DNA from: Bispira polyomma
Lineage: Eukaryota
Length of the DNA: 64,000 bases
Direction of reading: 5' to 3'
Assembly (NCBI GenBank): GCA_965649765.1
Contig: OZ287749.1
Span: forward strand, 92,256,001-92,320,000
The translations under genes and the position numbers were made by a program. Below, in pieces: positions 14,104 through 26,246 of this stretch. Each line of letters starts with the position of its first letter. The first letter of the stretch is position 1. The notes below the pieces were generated by a model. It did not search any database. It was not told the origin of the DNA and saw nothing but the letters and a program-made list of their open reading frames with translations.

Positions 14104-14521
14104 ATGCAGAGCATATATACAAGAAAGATATTGCTTCTGGCGGAATTCGATCCATGGATCTTGTGGGACTCACGATTAATGGTCGCACGCTTAACAGTTG
14201 AGCTAAAGGGGAAACCCCAGAAGCCTGAGTGTTTAATGCGGTCATATATACACTGATATATTACAATATTTTGAAGGGATTTTGAAAGGAGTCAGTAAAT
14301 TTGTAGCGGTTAATAACTTGTCCAGTGACGTAAACACTTGTCCTCACACTAACATCCCCTAATCCATATTTAGTGGTTAGAAGTAGAAGTCAACAACATT
14401 GACTTACCCCTGATGACATTTTGTGGACCCTGGTTTGCTTCCCCTGTACCAGCTCCCCAACACTTGGGCAAACTTCTCCAAGGGACTGATTCTTTAACTT
14501 TTGTGTTAGAAACTTCAACAT
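11320..14521 (-). CDS. FAM53-family protein, coding exons 14408-14521, 13971-14033, 12452-12542, 11320-11936; downstream exon(s) not located
   Basis: Starts MLKFLTQKLKNQSL (cf. the FAM53A/C N-terminus M.TLITE.LQ.Q.L, from memory). The large exon ends SPRKRPR...QRPYLDLEKMQ|gtatgt (cf. FAM53 RPSLD..KM). GT-AG phases 0,0,1,0 are consistent. Confidence 0.7.
12452..12542 (-). CDS. FAM53-like coding exon
   Basis: catag|GAT GAT GAA...AAA G|gtaact; DDENCDKKDKVCDSSTESDEENAEICSITK; phase 0-1. Confidence 0.7.
12787..12973. mobile_element. Tc1/mariner-pogo type MITE (many copies, e.g. 36114-36305, 50220-50368, 33244-33340, 12592-12740, 7080-7260)
   Basis: TA|CAGTRGAA...TTATC ... GGATAATAGAGGTT..ACTG|TA termini, recurring more than 10 times in the window. 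Confidence 0.75.
13335..13551 (-). mobile_element. tRNA-derived SINE (family copies 22680-22860 -, 23775-24004 -, 50655-50876 -)
   Basis: Minus strand begins GGGGCCATGGTGGCCTAGTGGTTAG (A box)...GGTTTGAATCC (B box); shared body CAGATTTA.T.GTGGA.GAAACC...ACGGCAAGTACC. Confidence 0.7.
13971..14033 (-). CDS. FAM53-like possible cassette exon
   Basis: accag|TCT CAT...AAT AAG|gtaaag; 63 nt, phase 0-0, open; no homology support. Confidence 0.45.
14056..14099. repeat. (TA)n microsatellite
   Basis: About 21 TA units with one interruption. Confidence 0.95.
14408..14521 (-). CDS. FAM53-like first coding exon
   Basis: ATG TTG AAG TTT CTA ACA CAA AAG TTA AAG AAT CAG TCC CTT...TCA GGG|gtaagt. Confidence 0.72.
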
Positions 14522-16065
14522 CTTCTGATATTTTCAAGAGATCACATTAAATGAGGTAGTAAATCTTTTGCCAGGTAGCCAGAATTTCAAGCATACGCCA
14601 AGTATGTTGAACACTTTCACACATATACATCCACAATGATATTATTATTGGGAGGGATCGTCTTTTTTCACCAGCAAAAAGCCGGCCCAAGAAGACTGCA
14701 ACTTTAACAAACCATTTTCTCCTGCAAAAAAAAAGAATGCAACATAAAATAAAAAGTGGTACGACATTAATCTTAGCTTTATATTCATTTTGCGTGCAAA
14801 TAAGTGCAAAAATAATTGCTGTAAAACAACAAAGAAAACGATTTTTGAAGAGATGAAATAACAGAACTTACTCCCTATGTTGTCAACTCTTTCAGTGACA
14901 ATTTTGCCATAGATTGCCCTAGTTCCATCCCGAGGTCGGATTGTGCAAAATAATTTGGGGAGTGATAGCACTATAATTTTCACCGTACATTAAATTTAAT
15001 TTTTATATAAACTAAGGTATACCATACAAACGAGATAACAATTCTTATTCTTCAAGACCAGGGCATTAGTTTGTTTATATTGTGTCACTGTCTATTTATT
15101 GTGATATATTGTATGTATACTTTAATGCTTGTTCACCTAGTTAATTTATCGTGTTGGAATAGTCCTAGTACACGACAATTTCATTGGTTGGGCAATCAGC
15201 CAGATAAGAAAAATTTGTAAGTACACATGTTGGATGTAAACAAACCGAAGCGATATCGGTTTTTCAGCTTAAAAACTGTTAAAATATGGACAGTACAAAA
15301 AGATAAAAGTTTATCCTTGATGAAATTATTGTTTTTCAGAGTATTAGGAACAGAAGTACTTCGCCATTACAGAATGTTATTCTGCTACAAGTTAGAAAAA
15401 CATCATAAAAATAAAGACACGTCTCACTGTGTGATAAAAGGGGAATCTGCGGCCACCTATCGGCAATATGGATAACTAAGGTCGGTGCCAGAACAATGAA
15501 ATATGAGAAACACACAACATCTCCTTTCTCCTCGTTTATCCATAAAACAACATAATTACACTTCTTATACCATGCAGAAAAATTCAATCTCACAGAAATT
15601 AACTACAGTCCGTGGCAGAAATTGCAGACAGCCGAAATTAAACGAAATTAATGGAAAAAATACATTTCTGGGCAAGATATTAAAAAAAAAAATTAATGAA
15701 CAACAACTAATACCATTGGTTAGAGATATTGATTGTTCCAGTTAAAATACAATCTATAATATTAATACATAAGTGTGTTAAAGTGGTTGTGGGCATCATA
15801 TACCACTATATTTTGGTGTTGATGGAAAGATTGGTCTCTGTGATGCATGCCAACAACATCAATCAATTTACATACTTTGTTAAAGAGAAATACTTTTGTA
15901 AACGGCTAAGTATCTCTAGTCAAATCTCGATGAACACATCTGCACATTTTACAACAAATTTTTAACATATTTAACTTATTTTCTATGAGTAACAGACAAT
16001 TTTCTGAAAATTACACATTGGAACTATATTGTATTTTCCCACAATCCCCAGCAGCATTTATATTA

Positions 16066-16900
16066 AAGCCTCTGTTCCACTGTCAAGGTCGATCTGGAAC
16101 AGCAAGGATTTTGGCGATTTTGATAGCACCCTGTTGAATCCTCTAGACTACCTGCTGTGACAGAAAATACTTAAAATATTTTTAAATGCCCCTGATAATC
16201 TGGCGGTCACCCCAGGTGATCTTTAGGGACCCAACAATTTAACTGCAATAACTGAGGCCCCCGGGGGTCTCCCCTCCCCAATCATAAAGATCAGTCTAGG
16301 TGACCTCCCCGATCATATAGATCTGTCTGGTTGACCTCTCTGATCGTAAAGATCATTCTGGGTGACCTCCATGATCATAAAGATCAGTCTGGGTGACACC
16401 CCGTTTGTCTAGAGTTTTGGTTATAAAAGGTAAGTTTTTTTCCATGTTTCAGACAATTGAATTTTTTTTTCCCAAAGAGCAATCTTTACAATCGGGGTGT
16501 CACCCTAGTTGATCCTAACAATCGGAGAAGCCACCCCAGTTGATCTTAACAATCAGGAAAGCCACCCCAGTTTATCTTAACAATCTGGGAAGCCACCCAT
16601 GTTGATCTTCACAACAATGAGGATTCCATTTTTTTGTTTTAGGGGATGGGGGGGGAAATACACCCAGATCAACCTAGGTGGCATTAGGTTTACTCCGGGC
16701 TACTTCCGATTATCCAGGCCCAGAGGGGGGGTAAAATCTCGAAACATGTTTAGAAACTTCATGATCATGTTATTTGATCCCCGGATCACAAGGATTACGA
16801 CCCTGACTGTCCAGATCAATCCTGGAGCTACAGAATTATGTCCGGGGTGCCCAAATTTGGGGCTGCTCCCGATCTCTCTTGACATAAGGGATTGTTTTAT
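16066..16900. mobile_element. repeat element with about 33-bp internal arrays
   Basis: GGTGACCTCC..GATCATAAAGATCAGTCT x4 (16275-16400), then CACCCCAGTTGATCTTAACAATC x4 (16490-16620). Confidence 0.5.
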
Positions 16901-18461
16901 CTGCAAAACAACGATGTTGTGAGGATATATATACATATTTATGATGTCATCCTTTTCCCCTTAAACCTATGTCCGTGACACAGGCAAAAGCTAGTCATTA
17001 TATTAATCTAGAACAAGTTGTAAAACATAAAAATAGGTACATTTGTTTTTAAGTGATCTATTATTTTTATTTACGACTTACTTTTTTACTGGTTATAACT
17101 ACGTCTTTATATAATTTATCTTATTGGCATCCAATCAGATACCACTATACTGCTTACCTGTCTATGTGGTTACAACATAGTTTCTCCGTCTCTAAATCAT
17201 TTCCACTTTTAGAAATGTCCTCTGTTATGTGAGAGCATGGAAACTAAATTAAGCATTCTGGAATGGAATCTGTATTTCAAAAAGTTATGCTGTCTGTAAT
17301 GTTATACTCCTAACTAGAGTATCACGCTAACAAGTTAAATATACTCTCCATGCCTTTTGGGACTAAATAAGTCTGAAGGTGTGTAGAATAGTTACCTCCC
17401 CATAATATAGCATTGTTATTAACTGCTTTAGCTTGGATATTCAGATTATTTACTTGTATATCCTCTTCTTGCTGATGAAAAGAAGACTAAAACAACATTT
17501 CTGCCTCTTATTCTATCCTGGTAGCCACTTTTAGGACTATTCTGAAAGTTATTTCAAGACTTACTTTCCAATTATCTGTTGGTGTTATTCTTGAGGTATC
17601 TTCATAATAACATGGTTATTCTTTCTAAGAACATAGTCAGATTTGACAGTGAATTTAAAGAAAATACAATATCTACTTTTTTTACCTAATTTTGTCCTCT
17701 AATCTGTTGTAATTTGTGATGTACTATAATATCACCTTGGGGATGGGGGTGAGAGGTATTTTTGCTCTGGTCAGCAATTTATTCTCGTTGTTTATCTCTG
17801 TATTGTAGAAGAATAAAATTTACTTTATTCATATTTTATGAGCCATACAATTTACAGATTTTAGATTAATGCTGTATTTCTTTTATTTGCTGTATTTATT
17901 AAAATAAAAACTGGGAAGAGATATTTTAGAAAACAATTGAGCTTTAGCTTGCCACTCAATGTTATTGAGTAGTAGACTAAAGTCTAGAATTCCCCACCAT
18001 GTCAGCCATTTTTAAAAATAGTTCTGTATTAAAGTAGTCCCATACAATATTGTGTGTATATATATGTACATTATATATTAAGGGGTTATATATATAAAAA
18101 TTTTATATATTTAAAAAAAAAAAAATTTGGCTGTCTACCTGCCGACCTGTCTACCTGCTAACTTGTCTACCGATATTATATATACATATATATATCTGGA
18201 ATGGTATCTTATCACGTATGTATTGCTACACAGATGTACATATATATTTATACACCTAGTGGGGAATAACATAATCGTTCCGAGTGGTACACATTTAAAT
18301 ATAACATTTAATTGGAAATAGCAATTACATGTTTCGTATATATGTTTGAAACCTAACACACTTAGCACTATTGCGAGAAATTGAGACTGTGGTGCAGCAT
18401 GTCCCATTTTCTAGGGGACAATACTTTCTCTACATGATCAATGGGCTTATAATTTCATATA

Positions 18462-18680
18462 GGGCCTTGGTGATATAGTGGTGACATGCTTGTCTCACAC
18501 CACTGCCATCTTGGGTACAAATCTCAGACCTGACATATACATGTGAAAGTTCGCAGTAATCTTGTTGCAAGCTGGTGGTTTTCAGAGCAGAAAACCTTGA
18601 CCATCTCCTCTGTTCTGATTGCCTTCACCAATAAACTGCATGTTGTGATATGCTTGGAGTGTGTTGCAAATAATCTAAAA
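18462..18680 (+). mobile_element. tRNA-derived SINE (relative at 61752-61960)
   Basis: GGGCCTTGGTG...GTGGT.ACA head with degenerate B box; shared ACCTTGACCA...TTCTGATT..CTCCACCA body. Confidence 0.55.
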
Positions 18681-20192
18681 CCCGAATTATTCTAATCATT
18701 TCATCTAAAATACTAATATCAGAATAATTTTGGGGTGTAAATTGTTTAGAAATGAATTAACCTGTCCTATTTTTTTTATTTGTATTTTACCATTACTAAT
18801 TATGTATAATTCTTTCTTTGTATTTATAGTGTCATTTTAAATTTTATAAACTTTAGCTAAATTTTATAAACTTTAGCTATTTCATCAATTTGGCATGACA
18901 GCTTTCAGAGAAAAGGTGAAAGGTAAGCAAAATTGTGAAGGGGAGTTGGTCCAGTCACAGAATATATTGTGAGGATAAATGGTAAAATTAGGTTGATAAA
19001 TTCACATTTGTTGCAGCTCAAAAACTATTTAATAATGGATCCTAATAGTAAATAAGAAGCAGGATAATACAAATATGACATTGTAATGTGACCTAAGCTG
19101 TTGAAAGCGACAAACAAAATTAAATTAAAATACAATGGGCTACAATCTGGAAGAAACTCAAAAGAAATTAAGTACACCACGTAAGATTCTGGACATCATT
19201 TAGACTACCTTTGAGTTTGTCAAAAAACCCAGTAGATTCTTATTTGATAAATGGACATAAAGCTGTGTCATCAGCATAGAAGTAGTACTTGCACAGTAGA
19301 TATGTTGTTATGGCATTATATATTTGTTCCGTGCGTCCATGAACAACACTCTCAAAACTTTTTTGCCTTTAAAGTTGAAATTTATATTTCGGCGATGGAC
19401 AGATATGACCTTGACATTGTAGAAGTTCAAATTTTGTGAACATTTTGATTTAAATTTTAAGCACAAACTCAATAATTTTTTGCTTTAATGTTGGAGTAGA
19501 CTGTTCATGTGTGACATATATATCACCTTGATATTGTATGTTATTTTTCTACTTTTTGGGGTGTTATGACTTAGGAGTTGAACTTACATATGTAACACAA
19601 ACTCATTATTTTTTTAGGTTTTAATGTCATTGTAATTTCTAGCTTTTTTAGATTTGATATATCAACAGATATGACCTCAACATTTGAGGAGTTCAAATTT
19701 AGTTTTAAACAATAACTTTAATGTTAATTTTCAAGGAGTTTGGCTTATAAAAATGTTACACAACTCAATAACTTTGTTGACTTTATTTAGTCAAAGGAGA
19801 GCATAAAAATATTACACAACTCAAAAAATCTGTCACAGGAGAGCTCTTTTCTATTTAATAATCAACAGATACGACCTCAACATTGCATGAATTTGCATTC
19901 TATAAAAAATTGACGTTGAAAGGTTGAACTTCAGATTTGGACTGAAATAGTAGTATTTTCATTATTGCTATACTTGATAGGAAAATGTGTGAAACTATAT
20001 ATGAAGTCTTACAATTAATTAGCTGCTACTAGTTGAACCCCAAGAAGTCCAGCGTCAAGGGATCGGGAAAGCTACCTCTACTTAAGCAAGATGTCGACTT
20101 AACCAGGTCAATTTTGTGAGACTAAATTTTTCTGCTACACAATTAAGAAATTGACTAGTATGGCTGCATATAAAACTGTGGCACATATGTTT

Positions 20193-20422
20193 TGACGTCA
20201 CAATTACATTAACTATATTCCGAAGGATCAGATATTTACAACAAAATTATAAAAAAAATTTGTAAAGGTCTATACATTGATAAAATTGTTGTAGTTAAAC
20301 GCAAGTCCACATTCCACAAGTTGCGTGTGTAATAAAGCACTTTGTTACGTCACACTAGACAGGATTCGTGGCGTAACGTACATTACGTCTACGACAAAGT
20401 GTGATGTCATAAGTTGACGTCA
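20193..20422 (+). promoter_or_regulatory. CRE/ATF site cluster upstream of F-BAR gene
   Basis: TGACGTCA 20193-20200 and 20415-20422; TTACGTCA 20345-20352; TGATGTCA 20402-20409; locally CpG-rich. Confidence 0.55.
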
Positions 20423-20511
20423 TAGTTCGTATCCGTAGAAACGGCATGATACTGATAAACGTTAACTAAACGTTAAGAATTTTAAGTTGTTTATACGGTT
20501 AGATAACCAAA

Positions 20512-21918
20512 ATGAATCACAGTCAAACAAGTTATCTATCTCCGGATGTGATAGAAAAGTGGGGGAACTGTACGCACACTTCTTCGAATGCATTATTAAG
20601 AATGATACAAGACAGGATTATGGCTGAGAAAACGTATGTGGATAGCTTAAGTAAGTGGGCGTCCAAATATCAGTGTGTCGAAACTGCTCTTGTGAATGAT
20701 AATTTTATGTACCCAGAATTGGCCTCCCTGATCTACTTATTGACAGAAGAAGCTGAATTAAAATCAGAGGAACATCAAGGTTTTATCAACAAATTGGCCC
20801 ACGGTTCTACGTCTCCATTAAGGTTAATGAGTGCATTATCACGACAGTGGCCCACATTTGGGAAAAACGGAAACAAGAGAATTTTAAACTTGATAAAACA
20901 ACATCGTGATAGCTTGAGTAGCTACCAGAAGAGTCTGGATGAAGTTGTTTTTTCAAGTGACAAACTAGAGAAAAAACACAAGAAAATGAACAGTTATAAG
21001 AAATCTGTGGTGAAGAAGCGTGAAAGGTGCAAAGATAGACCCCAGTTCAGAGGAATCATGAGGAGAATAAACACCAAAAGTGAGGAATATGACAAGGACA
21101 TGTTCATCTGTCAAACAAAGTATGAATCTTGTCTGAAGAAAGAAGAAAACAGACGTAGTTCTTTTCTAGAGATGGATGGCAGATTGAGAGAAGCACTGAC
21201 ATTTTTCGAAGCTGAAAGGCTGAAAGCAAGCCTCAGCCATTTGATTGGATATGTTGATATCCTACAAAGTGCAACCATGGGTTATGACCAACAAGATCTT
21301 TATGGTAAAATTGTGAAAAAGTGTGAATCCACGAACGTCAGACATATGATTGACAACTGGATGAAAACAAACAGCAAAAGTTTGATGCCTCCAAAGCCTT
21401 TGGCTATAGACATGGCTCATTCGCATATATTAGAGAATGTGGAATCTGGATGCAATGTCCTCGATCAAGTTTTATCTAGTGGAGATCATTTCTTCAGTCC
21501 AGTGTATGTAATAAATCATACACAAGTTGACTTAGTGCCTAGTGCTCTGCCTGAATGTCCAAGGCCTGAGACTTACCAGCTTGAAGAAGCATTCAAACAT
21601 CCAGTGTCTTGCTTACACCATCCAAGGTCAGTAGATATCGTGCCAGATTTATACGAAAGTGATCCGGAACACTTAGAAGTAATAGACATTGAGAGAAAAA
21701 GTCCCACACACTGCAGGCATCAATTACAAAATGATGGTCTTGAACATCTTGGGAAAAACAGATTTACAGACAGACAGAGAAGGCAGGCTTGGGATATTGT
21801 GGAAGAAGTTAAAGATTTAGTAACTAAGCCTGCAGCTAAGATCAATGCATCACGGGGCATGACACTATTAGACATGTTTCAGTATGGCGACTTTGAAAGC
21901 GACATTGAAAGTAACTAA
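20512..21918 (+). CDS. intronless F-BAR/FCH-domain protein (PACSIN/PSTPIP-like, no SH3)
   Basis: 468-aa uninterrupted ORF, ATG in AAAATGA context. LLRMIQDRIMAEKTYVDSLSKWASKY fits the FCH signature ER..IEK.YA..L..W. The region EAERLK...CESTNVRHMIDNWMKTN..MPPKP resembles the F-BAR C-terminus. Confidence 0.8.
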   Translation: MNHSQTSYLSPDVIEKWGNCTHTSSNALLRMIQDRIMAEKTYVDSLSKWASKYQCVETALVNDNFMYPELASLIYLLTEEAELKSEEHQGFINKLAHGSTSPLRLMSALSRQWPTFGKNGNKRILNLIKQHRDSLSSYQKSLDEVVFSSDKLEKKHKKMNSYKKSVVKKRERCKDRPQFRGIMRRINTKSEEYDKDMFICQTKYESCLKKEENRRSSFLEMDGRLREALTFFEAERLKASLSHLIGYVDILQSATMGYDQQDLYGKIVKKCESTNVRHMIDNWMKTNSKSLMPPKPLAIDMAHSHILENVESGCNVLDQVLSSGDHFFSPVYVINHTQVDLVPSALPECPRPETYQLEEAFKHPVSCLHHPRSVDIVPDLYESDPEHLEVIDIERKSPTHCRHQLQNDGLEHLGKNRFTDRQRRQAWDIVEEVKDLVTKPAAKINASRGMTLLDMFQYGDFESDIESN

Positions 21919-24900
21919 TATGATGGATGACGCAGACAAGTATTCGCATGGTTTAAAAAAATATTGTAAATGCATGATAGGTTCCTTTATCAATATCAGT
22001 ATTGAGATGCAACTAGTATGCTAAAAATAATTATAAATTCTATAAGAAACTGAACTGGGCACAGGTATATTGAAAGTGTTTTTATTAAATATAACAGAAT
22101 TAGGTTTGGCACCTTCTATCTACTATCATAGCATTAGGGTATAGTATGTTCCTCAAATGTTCAGTTTTAATAAGTTTATATCTAAACAGTATATTCATAT
22201 GCCAAAATCCAACATGGCAAATTGAGTCATTCCACTGAAATGTCCATATTATGTCTGTTTTAATGTAGGACAGTATTACTGATCCCAGTGCAATCATTGA
22301 GTTGTTCAAACTGACATTTACTTGTTAAAATGTCTGTAAATATATTGCAAAAATTGAGGTTGAATTGATTCTTAATATATATATTTTTTAGATATTTTAT
22401 TTAAATTCATATATCAACCTTTTATTGCAATAGGGGCTCCCTAAAAGGAATTTGGTCTAAAATTCAATATTTTTTAGTTTTCTAGGTTTAATCATGAATA
22501 TGTATTGTTGTTCTTGAAGTATTTAAACAAAATACATTCAATGTAAAAGTATAACATTTAGTTCTACTAAACTGCTTATAGCACTCCAGGTTCCAATGGT
22601 CAAATCAGGTTGTAGCAGGACAGTGAAAATCAAAGACATCCAAAGAACATTTGTAACACCCTTTGTAAAATTATTTTGAATTTTACGTCGTAATACAACT
22701 GCCAGATTTATTGGCAGAGGAAACCAGTACTATTTGTACTGTAAACCACAGACCTAGGGCAAGTACATGAAGGAAGCAGTAGAAGTTGAATTCACTGTCC
22801 TCTGAGGTTAGAGGCTAGTGATATTATAGCAGATGGTTATAATCACTGGATCACCATTGCATTTTTATCAGGTGAAACCTGATTTTGTTTTCATTCTGAA
22901 AAGGACGTTGCCATCCTAGAAAATATGTAAGGCCTTCATGGATTGGTTGGAAACAATCGACCTGGCCAAAACTTTATGAGGGGTGTCAGATTTATTGTTA
23001 TCAGGCACAGGCTAGGGCCTGAGTATAAAGTGGCCATATCAATGTTAGTGTATTGCACACTGTGTGCCTGTGTCTTTTTAAAAAGATAACTTTTTTGTTT
23101 GTGCCAGTTCTTCTTTTCTTTTTAGAATTTGCACAAAAAATGTTCCCGTTGATAGATACACAGTTTATTTGCTGGAATATTTAAACAAGACAAAAAAATT
23201 TAAAACTCTAATTTATTGCCATAAAGAGGTTCAAACTTAAACAATATTATTTATTATATAAATATCTTCATAAATATGTGTAACAACAGAATTTAAATAC
23301 CTTACTCAAAAATGCACTCAACCTGTGTGGTTTTGTTGCAGTGTATAAGGATGTAACTAATTGTTACTCAGAACAGAAGAGACATATTGCAACTTTTGAC
23401 TCTTGGACAAAAATATATATTAGTAACAGTTATACACAGGTCAATAAGAAAACAAACTTTTTAATATACCTGTATGTAACATGACTAGACAATAAAATTC
23501 AAATACCAGTGAGTTTCAACTATAACTAAAAGAATTATTGCTGTATGCACTGTACAAACGTAATTGTATAAACGATTAGATTGAGACAAAATGTCCATTC
23601 ACCATTTACATCTCAGTTTTCCACTTACCTATACATAGCTTCGCAGAGATATGTTTTACAATTTCAACAACAAATATTTTTTAGAGATATATTTAATAAA
23701 TTTCATGCCAATTAACTTTTTTTTTTTTGAGGCAAAAAAAAATTTCTATCTTATAAAATTTAAATTTATTTTGGTTTATATATCTCTTTACGTCTTAATT
23801 TGGTCAAATTCAAATTGTGACAGGGCAGATTTATTGGTGGAGGAAACCAGAGCCATTTGTAGTAGATACCACCGACCTACGGCAAGTACCTGGCAAACTT
23901 CCAACATATGGAGCAAGGATTTGCAGTCAAACCCACTGTCCTCAGCGGTGAGAGGCTGGTGAAATCAAAACAAACATTTATAACCACTAGGCCCCCATGG
24001 GCCCTACTGACTAATAGAACAAGTTTTTACACCAATGTATCTGATAATGGTTGCTCCAGTATTGTCATGTGTAGTTATTGGCAATGATTCTGTCGTTAAA
24101 TATGGTTAGCAAACCTTCTGAGATAACCTGCAAACTGATAGTTGACTGGTTATCTCCTTATCTCTCTCTTATCTTCTACTCTGGCATGATTACCTTGGTG
24201 TCCACTATTCTGATTGGCCTCTGATAAACATCCGTATATATAAATGACTAGTGCAACACCTTTTATTGTCAATTTAAAAAAAAAAATTCAATAATACAGC
24301 TATTAATAACAATTTTCAAAAAATATATAATTTGTCGTTTTACCCCAATAATAATCCACTCAAAACGATGAGAAACGGTATATTTTACCATTGAATCACA
24401 GTCAGGTCCTCATTCTATGTTAAGCATGGCTTGATTTGGCTTATTTATAGATATTTTAAATAAAACAGCAGTTTAATACCATGATAAACTGATAGATATT
24501 ATTGTTCACTTTTTGCTACATTTAGAACAAGCTGTACAAGTGCATTCTGAAAAATAAACAGTCACTGTCAAAGTAAGACACTTTTTTTACATATTTCTGT
24601 GACCTAATGCTAAGTGTACTTAAGTAGACCTTGATTATTGTGGACACTTACAGTATAATAAATAGAAAAGCTGAATACCATTTGTCAACACCGTTTAACT
24701 GAAAAACTACAGCGAATTGGCATTCATTATAACAAATTTAATTGTTTTTTTTGTATTTGAAGCATTTATACAGTGCAAAACTATTGATAAATGCATCTTC
24801 TAAAGTGCTTGTTCTTCTGAAAAAGGATATTCCTACAGCATAGCATTCATCGTCATCAGTAGGCAATAATGTATATTCTCCCTCAGTGTCCATAATGGCA

Positions 24901-25529
24901 TCACAGGTAGTCAAACTTGGGACCTTCTGATCACCAGACCAACTCCCTAACAACTAAGCTATCTATGGCTATAAGATTAGTATCAATTTTCACGAGGCAC
25001 TTGTACTTTTGGCAAGAAAGGTGGTTTTATACACTAAAGATGCTGGTCAATGCCAAACTCGGTCTGTAGCCACTAGTGAAAAGAAAAATATAATTTTTTT
25101 GAGCTACATAAGTTAGGGACAAACTTTGGGTCGAAGGAGATGTTTGATATGTATATCAAAGTTACACAAAAATCTTATATCTTGTTATATGGGCATTCAT
25201 ACGACCAGTCAGGTCAATGTATATTACTACAGACAAATCAGAGAGCCCTGGGAGCCGTAATTCATGAATATTCTTAGAATGTAATTCTAAAAGTTATTGT
25301 AGTCTTAACCAATCAGATTCTTTGAAAAAATATTCTCAGCCAATCAAATCCCTTGAGACAAAAAATTTAAGACTAAGAATCTTTGTGAATACCAGCCCTG
25401 GTGCTAGTTCTAGAGAGTCTACTGTGGAGGTTCTGCTGTTTTTAAATATTAAGATGGATGGTATTCTGACCCGACTGGTATATTATGGTATATGAAAACC
25501 TGTATGTGTAACCCACTTATTAAAGAGGC

Positions 25530-26246
25530 TTATATCATCTGTTCACTAGTGCTGAAATCCCTCAATGTTTTCTTGATAGTCGAGGGTGTATATGACTTTT
25601 TCAGCATATCCCACTTTAGCGTCCTCCACTTGTCCTGTACTTCCTGTGATGGAGTGTCCACTGCGGTCAGTTTCTCCACCACACTGGTGGGCCCCCGGTC
25701 GTGTAACTCCAGCTGCAGGTTCATCTGTTCGGGGACACTCCTAGTCCTCTTGAGGGCGGTGAAGGCATTTTTTGAGTAGACATCATCGGCAGAATTCAAT
25801 CGTCCACGTGCCCAGGTGTCTGCACTGTCCGCTGAAGGCTCAAACAACACGTCAATGGCATTGCCATGACGAACAACATTCTTCACAGAAATACTGTATT
25901 TCTCTACAGAGCCTGGTTGGTGTTTTCCACTACTACCAACTTTGCCATTAGTCCGTGGTGCCATTTCATTGTGCCTGCCATGATGCGTTTTATCACCATT
26001 GCCAAGTTTACCATGGCTTACACTAAAGCCTTTATGACCATTTGGGTTATCCTTTGGATCAGTAGGCTTGGCGCCAGTCTTTGGTTTAGGTTTAACCATT
26101 GGCAAGTTGTTCTTGCCTTTGTTATCAGTTTTTGTGTATGGTGTATGGACAGTAGAGCTGTTCTGCTGCATTAGACGGACACATTCCTCCTGCCAGGCGT
26201 CCACTGCCTGCCAGATCTCAGATTCCACCTGTTCCAGGGTCTGAAG
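25530..26246 (-). CDS. NEK9: NEK9 terminal coding exon E24 (low-complexity C-terminal extension)
   Basis: ttgacag|CTT CAG ACC CTG GAA CAG, in frame with ORF 25530-26228; 717 nt ending TAA; joined to NEK9 by phase and coiled-coil continuity only. Confidence 0.72.
   Translation of the reverse strand, partial: LQTLEQVESEIWQAVDAWQEECVRLMQQNSSTVHTPYTKTDNKGKNNLPMVKPKPKTGAKPTDPKDNPNGHKGFSVSHGKLGNGDKTHHGRHNEMAPRTNGKVGSSGKHQPGSVEKYSISVKNVVRHGNAIDVLFEPSADSADTWARGRLNSADDVYSKNAFTALKRTRSVPEQMNLQLELHDRGPTSVVEKLTAVDTPSQEVQDKWRTLKWDMLKKSYTPSTIKKTLRDFSTSEQMI

Noticed and set aside
24900-24960. tRNA-like sequence on minus strand (also 44600-44660)
   Set aside because: A/B-box-like head but no complete acceptor or T stems; SINE head remnant rather than tRNA gene.
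25492-26174. Plus-strand ORFs of 95 and 102 aa
   Set aside because: Antisense to NEK9 terminal exon; no independent support.
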